Assembly: GCA_946184965.1 (NCBI GenBank)
Contig: CAMHHO010000001.1
Location: 797-64,796, forward strand
Direction of reading: 5' to 3'
DNA: 64,000 nucleotides
Source of the DNA: an uncultured Prevotellaceae bacterium
Lineage (GTDB): Bacteria; Bacteroidota; Bacteroidia; Bacteroidales; Bacteroidaceae
Below, piece by piece: positions 59,501 through 64,000 of this stretch. Made by a program: the position numbers and the translations under genes. The notes below the pieces were generated by a model. That model saw only the letters and a program-made list of their open reading frames with translations, was not told where the DNA came from and made no database searches. Position 1 is the first letter of the stretch, and every line of letters begins with the position of its first letter.

Positions 59501-59775
59501 GCAGCTTTGAAATTGGTCTCAATCAAAGCCTTCAACTGAGCGTTGGACTCATCGAGAGCCTTGCTCAATTTGTCGTACGAGGTCTGCAACGTCTCAATCT
59601 TTGTATTGACTGCATTAATCTTGTTAGTGTAGTCAGTACGCAGTTCCGTTGCCGTCTGTGAAAGGTTATTACGAACGTCGGCGATGTCGTCGTCGTAATC
59701 CTTACAAGACGAGAAAACACCTACGGTTGCCACGAGGGCTACCATAAGCAGTTTACTAAAAAACTTTTTCTTCAT
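53578..59775 (-). CDS. Giant (2065 aa) surface lipoprotein with long N-terminal coiled-coil stalk and beta-rich C-terminal region
   Basis: Lipobox FSSC-KDYDDDI; Ala-rich heptads to about residue 790; strongly biased codons (GCT, GGT, CGT, AAG). Confidence 0.88.
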   Translation of the reverse strand: MKKKFFSKLLMVALVATVGVFSSCKDYDDDIADVRNNLSQTATELRTDYTNKINAVNTKIETLQTSYDKLSKALDESNAQLKALIETNFKAAVNEAKAYSDANLVKAKDAAAAAEAAAKDYAETQAAAAQSAAIAAAKEQVAAAKAELEAALAKANELIATQGQSIANLIEADKTLDAAIKAAQARADEAYALADKANTLAETNKTNVEKAAADIAALQKSLSALESKAADKADVAKLQSDLAALQKQVGETVVNLADYKESIANITSELAKLKSDLEQQVSFLGENLAGVKKTAEANAASIESIITQLSELKKANDLAHQELANSVDALAKKTSSDLAAAVQGIEAEIAAANKLIGDNTSAIASLTQTVQNNKDAQDKINEAIKGDVAQNAKDIAANSKEIKRLNEIIPELQSTLEKYADKVAGAAAQAGKDAAAAAQETAQKFALDAIAAQALLDKEAWNKAIDIAVETLVKTYKLNALDGIIKAAAAEAQTNAEANAAKKAQEISDEALKQAKLYTDVLAQTLADNYTTTKDMQAAIEAAKQSAVAQAYVKVLEDLLRDQPDWYNQNAEDKLLQPSPTIYEVAMKCVQEFGLSKANAEELMNSILDAALVPSEGTGTYNEKGEEIIKPGGKIMVLIEAAAEKAAKDLADVNDALDARLDIIEEFLATTSGEKTLDATIKYWIADAKLAKQADLDDVIAQLKGEKDGDLKKIITDLQAADAANAADVDKIMASINKVTGMFAALLPAAEGDIDTDLAAYEAVMQALADKILAMADVVDNLDDKVMEAVNKNLGPQIQTMITSINLFANQHMAQNDHKGTVGYWNGDRMTYPYGYDNFDHKLTFVYTVEQGIFSDLCTGDEGLKTKSWNYPGGLIEQLKGIKSDRDELLNDYEYSYNEDGFSGAGDYDFIDGRYRSYEDSILVRVSPTNADLSKAEIALLNTLGQNIADPSDPENALIEVVAVNKYTRNTVMTRPVEGYGQNGWTRQTRAVEGNETGLWVIKFKMRDEQVGPLFDKYAFASTSAEKPNQTTGSIVYAVAVKNTDFSTEETEDVNRFVVSEYDLSLGLEPAKHSWDFNVNDKSVADIHNRYIQTEQAQNGTTLWTDDPENYSGSFRYELTWHPLVCPELPVQPGNPDVPETLDPVKNVWYAYCWDCCFMGDDHLPCKDETVDAGYDYNEIAYTSILFNKDYDIDRLAPGVAEGVNTCDRHFHEFTTDGKRSKADDIAEDDLSGIDNRHDKDFLLIHFSEDQAPEGETGEWARINIDFPDFNDCGDFTPLRGFFVTLDSHFAMESDNSEINSWATYTYKNVGYYNYDGKYKRKVAGTGPAGAIIDIPVTLQKGNHGVIYLKNENNVNNGEIIGFRVHAVNLDGTFTDPDGRAFYVKIGKDTPNHKLTFDILADTAQSFAVQNLTDKGVETLDRSLIDNVNGKNPIPTYNENMKLGLNELQQKSSDRFFNRDAYKASFEDAEKYRVVYTWRADNPAIRDINDLTQGYIPMEGTGYTYGVKNVYGTNRTVVKDIMWNSTYMGKGDQFDVENFFDFWYSTDANADVEGSEDHPWVQFNEGDEDGQAAPCKKTLSVKASIKAGVANRLIDGATYKITMTIMRQDVQTVWKTVNTYDIDIKKVMPTEMPKAFGVKSNQLPNGAWTFYVRPYAGVDFTGEQGDTDPWAITWGEYGVTANPNNFASIFNADKYVIDKDEQDTDLHNYRWAMDTRMYNFEDVFTGLVIDEVDENGEKTGKKTIDQNYFFIFTGAGSFAGATEDIANGATEEKADKDNADKDALAVYDTEYSDDVLQGEENADLYLQKGAYTLPLIHWSHLGQKKDVKAGYIYRDISANLNADGTAFLQPSAEKSGMTGLSITNDDYEIAPVAVKSGSSQVKAEFKCALFDAAVTLTQDDTENKFDWNNNIAIQPEKIKFKLASEKWYAADITKQAYFNTQFNTAWTKDDAGTLTDWLATPWCWVDIASLKFSTSAPSGYNYKHYYDEPYFICGQAPFDPEENTFQDITGVGMMKNGATDGLMDFKSDVTGKFTFDIYDVWFHKKTIEIKVKINKPENLTARQAR

Positions 59776-59911
59776 ACTGTTAATAAATTAAATTAATAAA
59801 AAAAATTAAGTTGTTGTACATATTTTGTTATTCTCTCAAATCCAAGGCATGAAAACCCCACATTTTGCCCACGTTTGGGCACTGTAACTCCTGTGCAGAG
59901 TACATTTTTGG

Positions 59912-59944
59912 TGCAAATATAGACATATTTCTTAAATCTTGCAA
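59912..59944 (-). promoter_or_regulatory. Bacteroidetes housekeeping promoter for giant lipoprotein, with ~130-nt structured leader
   Basis: Minus strand cTTGca ... TATATTTGca; leader hairpins tgtactc..gagttaca and tgccca..tgggca. Confidence 0.65.
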
Positions 59945-60164
59945 GAATTTTCGATTTTTTTTTTGAAAAAACGCGAAAAAGTTGCCTTTTTATGGGCTTT
60001 TCAGCGAATTTCCGTGCAAAAACCTTGAAAAAACTCTTTAGATACGGCCGTTTTGTCACTTTGCATATTCTTCGTTTTTGTTTTTTTAGCTAGCAGGGTA
60101 CTTCTGTTACCTTTTTTTATCGTTTCAGGGGCTACACCTTATTTATATATATGCGCGCGCGAAG

Positions 60165-61559
60165 TCAGAATTCGGCTGACTTCGGCGTGCGCGGGAAGGG
60201 TATAACGTCGCGGATGTTCTGCATGCCGGTGACGAAGAGGATGAGGCGCTCGAAGCCGAGGCCGAAGCCGGCATGGGGGCATGAACCGTAACGGCGGGTA
60301 TCGAGATACCACCAGAGTTTGTCGGTCTCCATACCACGGCGGGCTATTTCGGCCATGAGCTTGTCGTAGCTCTCCTCGCGGACAGAGCCGCCTATGATCT
60401 CACCAATCTGGGGGAAGAGGACATCGGTACCCTGCATGGTCTTACCGTCAGCGTTCTGCTTCATGTAGAAGGCCTTGATGGAGGCAGGGTAGTCGGTCAT
60501 GATGACGGGCTTCTTGAAATGAGTCTCGACGAGGTAGCGCTCATGCTCAGAGGCGAGGTCGTCGCCCCACTGGCATGGGAACTCAAACTTGTGGCCGTCG
60601 GCGATGGCCTTCTGGAGGATATCGATACCCTCGGTATAGGTCAGACGGACGAAACTTTCCTTCAGGACACCCTCGAGACGCTCGATGAGCGTCTTGTCGA
60701 TCATCTTGTTGAGGAACTGCAGGTCGTCCTGGCAGTTGTCGAGAGCCCAGCGTACGCAATACTTGATGAAGTCCTCCTCGAGGTCCATGAGTCCTTCCTG
60801 GTCGAGGAAGGCGACCTCGGGCTCAATCATCCAGAACTCGGCGAGGTGGCGCGGGGTGTTGCTGTTCTCGGCGCGGAAGGTAGGACCGAAGGTGTAGATG
60901 GCACCAAGAGCCGTGGCACCAAGCTCGCCCTCAAGCTGTCCGGAGACGGTAAGCGAGGTCTGCTCGCCGAAGAAGTCGTCGTCGTAGATGATGCTGCCCT
61001 TCTCGTCCTTCTTCAGGTCGTAGAGGTTCTTGGTGGTTACCTGGAACATATTTCCGGCACCTTCGCAGTCGGAGGCGGTGATGAGCGGCGTGTTAAAATA
61101 GTAAAAGCCGTGCTCATGGAAATAGGTGTGGATGGCCATGGCCATGTTGTGACGAATGCGCATGACGGCACCGAAGGTGTTGGTGCGCAGGCGCAGATGG
61201 GCGTTCTTGCGCATGGCCTCGAACGACTGGCCCTTCTTCTGCATGGGATAGGTATTGTCGCAGAGGCCATAGACTTCGAGCCTGGTGGCCTGGACCTCGC
61301 TGGTCTGACCGGCACCCTGACTCTCAACCAGAATACCCTCGGCACAGATGCAGGCGCCAGTTGTGATGTCCTTGAGCAATTGCTCGTCGAACTTCGTCGG
61401 GTCGACGACCACCTGAACGTTGTTGATGGTGGAACCGTCGTTGAGGGCAATGAAGTCGACGGCCTTAGAAGAACGGTGGGTACGTACCCAGCCCTTCACG
61501 CAGACTTCCTTGCCGAATTCCGTGCTTTTCAGCACATCAATTATCTTTGTACGTTTCAT
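60165..61559 (-). CDS. asnS: Asparagine--tRNA ligase
   Basis: [50 protein letters not shown]. Confidence 0.97.
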   Translation of the reverse strand: MKRTKIIDVLKSTEFGKEVCVKGWVRTHRSSKAVDFIALNDGSTINNVQVVVDPTKFDEQLLKDITTGACICAEGILVESQGAGQTSEVQATRLEVYGLCDNTYPMQKKGQSFEAMRKNAHLRLRTNTFGAVMRIRHNMAMAIHTYFHEHGFYYFNTPLITASDCEGAGNMFQVTTKNLYDLKKDEKGSIIYDDDFFGEQTSLTVSGQLEGELGATALGAIYTFGPTFRAENSNTPRHLAEFWMIEPEVAFLDQEGLMDLEEDFIKYCVRWALDNCQDDLQFLNKMIDKTLIERLEGVLKESFVRLTYTEGIDILQKAIADGHKFEFPCQWGDDLASEHERYLVETHFKKPVIMTDYPASIKAFYMKQNADGKTMQGTDVLFPQIGEIIGGSVREESYDKLMAEIARRGMETDKLWWYLDTRRYGSCPHAGFGLGFERLILFVTGMQNIRDVIPFPRTPKSAEF

Positions 61560-61577
61560 AGTTATCTATACCTTAGA

Positions 61578-62963
61578 TTATTCGTAAGCACCCATGCGGA
61601 GACGGTCGACTTCCTCCTCAGTGAGGTAGCGCCAGTCACCGCGACGGAGATTCTTCTTGGTAAGGCCGGCGAACTGTACGCGATCGAGCTTGAGAACCTT
61701 GTAGCCCAAAGCCTCGAAGATGCGGCGCACGATGCGATTCTTGCCGGAGTGAATCTCAATACCCACCTGCTTCTTGTCGACAGCATCGGCATACTGGACA
61801 TCGTCAGCCTTAATCTCACCATCCTCGAGCTGTATGCCCTCGGTAATCTGAGTGAGGTCGTGGGCGGTGACGTTCTTGTCGAGGTAGACGTGGTAGATCT
61901 TCTTCTTGAGATATTTGGGATGCGTGAGCTTCGAGGCGAGGTCGCCGTCGTTGGTGAGCAGGAGCACACCCGTGGTATTACGATCGAGTCGGCCAACGGG
62001 ATAGATGCGCTCGGGACAAGCGTTCTTGACGAGGTCCATGACGGTCTTGCGCTGCTGCGGGTCATCGCTGGTAGTAACGTAGTCCTTGGGCTTGTTGAGA
62101 AGCACATAGACTTTCTTCTCGAGGGTGACTGGCTGGTCGTGGAACTTCACCTCGTCGGTGCGGAGAACCTTGGTACCCAGCTCGGTGACCACCTGCCCGT
62201 TGACGGTGACGACACCGGCCTGAATGAATTCGTCGGCCTCGCGACGGCTGCAGACGCCGGCATTGGCGAGGAACTTGTTGAGGCGCACGGGCTCGTTGGG
62301 ATCGTAGTTGACCTCCTTGTACTCGATGCGCTTCTTCATGCTGTACTTCGCATTGGGGTCGTAGTCTGCGGTGCGGGGACGCTTGTTATACGGCTTCTGA
62401 CCATAAGGGGCCTTGCCGTAGGGCTTGCCATAGGAAGGCTTGCCAGGACGGGACTGATTGGGACGGTAACCGCCGTTATTGTTGTAGGGGCGGTAGCCAC
62501 CACGCGGTTGCTGACCGTATTCACCCTGAGACTGACGAGGCTGATAGCCCTGCTCGTTAGCGTCAGCGGGATTACCGTAAGGTTTCTGGTAAGACTGGTA
62601 AGGTTTGTAAGGCTTGTAGGGACGCTGTCCATAGCCCTGCTGACGGGGCTGATAACCGCCGTTTTCGCCGTAGTTGCTACGGGGACGGTAGCTCCCCTGA
62701 TGGGTCTGGCTTGACTGCAGACCTGCACCGAAGCCCTCAGGACGGAATCCGCCCTCATCGGCGGACTGGCGATTGTAACTGGGACGGTCGGAGCCGGGAG
62801 TGTAGGCAGGACGCTGTCCGGTGTGGATACGCGGACGGGGCGAGCGTCCACGGTAGTCACGCTGAAAACCATTGCCTGACTGCTGCTGGTAGCCTTCACG
62901 GCTGCCTGTGTTCTGATCTTTAGCAGGCTTCTCTTCGTAATTTCTTTCGTTCTCGAAATCCAT
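61578..62963 (-). CDS. rluB: rRNA pseudouridine synthase (RluB/RsuA family) with long low-complexity N-terminus
   Basis: S4 domain RLNKFLANAGVCSRREAD, PVGRLD catalytic Asp, GKNRIVRR. Confidence 0.85.
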   Translation of the reverse strand: MDFENERNYEEKPAKDQNTGSREGYQQQSGNGFQRDYRGRSPRPRIHTGQRPAYTPGSDRPSYNRQSADEGGFRPEGFGAGLQSSQTHQGSYRPRSNYGENGGYQPRQQGYGQRPYKPYKPYQSYQKPYGNPADANEQGYQPRQSQGEYGQQPRGGYRPYNNNGGYRPNQSRPGKPSYGKPYGKAPYGQKPYNKRPRTADYDPNAKYSMKKRIEYKEVNYDPNEPVRLNKFLANAGVCSRREADEFIQAGVVTVNGQVVTELGTKVLRTDEVKFHDQPVTLEKKVYVLLNKPKDYVTTSDDPQQRKTVMDLVKNACPERIYPVGRLDRNTTGVLLLTNDGDLASKLTHPKYLKKKIYHVYLDKNVTAHDLTQITEGIQLEDGEIKADDVQYADAVDKKQVGIEIHSGKNRIVRRIFEALGYKVLKLDRVQFAGLTKKNLRRGDWRYLTEEEVDRLRMGAYE

Positions 62964-63041
62964 AGTAATTCTTTCTTTGTATTTATACCTTATTATATAT
63001 ATAGGGCCGGGAGGAGAGCCACCCGGAACGGGGACGTGGTG

Positions 63042-64000
63042 TTAGAGGGTGATACCGGTATAGGTTGCGGGGGTTATGGCTCGGAGCTCGGCCTTGACGC
63101 CTTCACTGACATCGAGCGTGTCGATGAACTGGGCGATGGTCGTGGCGGTGATGCCCTCGTTGGTACGGGTAAGGGCCTTCAGGGCCTCATAGGGGTTGGG
63201 ATAGCCCTCACGGCGAAGGATGGTCTGGATGCCCTCGGCAACAACGGCCCAAGTCTGGTCGAGGTCGGCCTGCAGCTTGCCCTCGTTGAGGATAAGCTTG
63301 CGCAAACCCTTGAGAGTGGACTGGAAGGCGATGACCGCATGGCCCATAGGGACGCCGACGTTGCGGAGGACCGTAGAATCGGTGAGGTCGCGCTGCAGAC
63401 GACTGACGGGAAGCTTCGAGGCAAGGAACTGCAGAACAGCATTTGCCAAGCCGAGGTTTCCCTCGGAGTTCTCGTAGTCGATGGGGTTTACCTTATGGGG
63501 CATAGCTGAAGAGCCTACCTCGCCAGCTTTGATCTTCTGCTTGAAGTAATCCATGGAGATATACATCCAGAAGTCGCGGTCGAGGTCGATGACAATGGTG
63601 TTGATACGACGCATGGCATCGAAGATGGCGGCCAGCCAGTCGTAATTGGAGATCTGGGTGGTGTACTGCTCACGCTCAAGCCCCAGCTTGCCGCTGACGA
63701 AATCGTCGGCGAACTGAGCCCAGTTATACTGCGGGTAGGCTACATGGTGGGCATTGAAGTTTCCGGTGGCACCTCCGAACTTAGCCATAACAGGAGTATC
63801 CATGAGAGAGCGGAGTTGCTCTTCGAGACGGTAGACGTAGACCATCAGTTCCTTACCGAGACGCGTGGGCGAGGCGGGCTGGCCGTGGGTCTTAGCGAGC
63901 ATCGGCACATTGCGCCACTCCTCGGCATAGTCATGGAGCTGCTCGATGAGCTCTTCGAGGAGGGGGATATAAACGTCGGCGAGCGCCTCCTTGATAGAGA
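63042..64000 (-). CDS. purB: Adenylosuccinate lyase (5' end outside window)
   Basis: KTHGQPASPT, GSSAMPHKVNPIDYEN, SRLQRDLTDST. Confidence 0.96.
   Translation of the reverse strand, partial: SIKEALADVYIPLLEELIEQLHDYAEEWRNVPMLAKTHGQPASPTRLGKELMVYVYRLEEQLRSLMDTPVMAKFGGATGNFNAHHVAYPQYNWAQFADDFVSGKLGLEREQYTTQISNYDWLAAIFDAMRRINTIVIDLDRDFWMYISMDYFKQKIKAGEVGSSAMPHKVNPIDYENSEGNLGLANAVLQFLASKLPVSRLQRDLTDSTVLRNVGVPMGHAVIAFQSTLKGLRKLILNEGKLQADLDQTWAVVAEGIQTILRREGYPNPYEALKALTRTNEGITATTIAQFIDTLDVSEGVKAELRAITPATYTGITL

Noticed and set aside
57253-59661. 802-aa ORF antisense to the giant lipoprotein
   Set aside because: Shadow ORF caused by strong codon bias of the real gene; Ser/Leu-rich with no motifs
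53578-59775. Phage tape-measure or tail fibre gene / DGR target
   Set aside because: Has a lipoprotein signal peptide and host-type promoter; no phage genes, reverse transcriptase or template repeat seen in the window
60519-62714. 731-aa plus-strand ORF opposite asnS/rluB
   Set aside because: Antisense shadow of two conserved genes that happen to share a frame

Overview
Chromosomal window from a high-GC Bacteroidales genome, most consistent with a rumen- or gut-type Prevotella (TAnnTTTG promoters, acidic lipoprotein signals, Prevotella-style C-terminal domains). From left to right it holds: an array of three MacB/FtsX-like permease pairs around one ABC ATPase, with a duplicated sigma-54 promoter/enhancer block and an inserted PolyVal-type kinase; a BspA-type LRR lipoprotein; a DUF853 ATPase; a GH28 / sugar porter / DUF5107-TPR operon; a glycine-cleavage operon with split P protein; panE; an Ig-repeat protein with a dockerin; dxs-trkA-trkH; a deleted histidine acid phosphatase pseudogene; a PARIS-like ATPase + DUF4435 pair; FKBP, glyQS, parC, three tRNAs, asd, a CPA2 antiporter, a LolD-like ATPase, a CvfB-like gene and a C10 peptidase; a 2065-aa coiled-coil surface lipoprotein with a small lipoprotein and OmpA; asnS, rluB and purB. 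I saw no CRISPR array, integrase, transposase or prophage. The most unusual signal is several families of short palindromic or periodic DNA elements, some between genes and many read in frame inside intact proteins. All product calls rest on motifs recognised by eye, with no database search.
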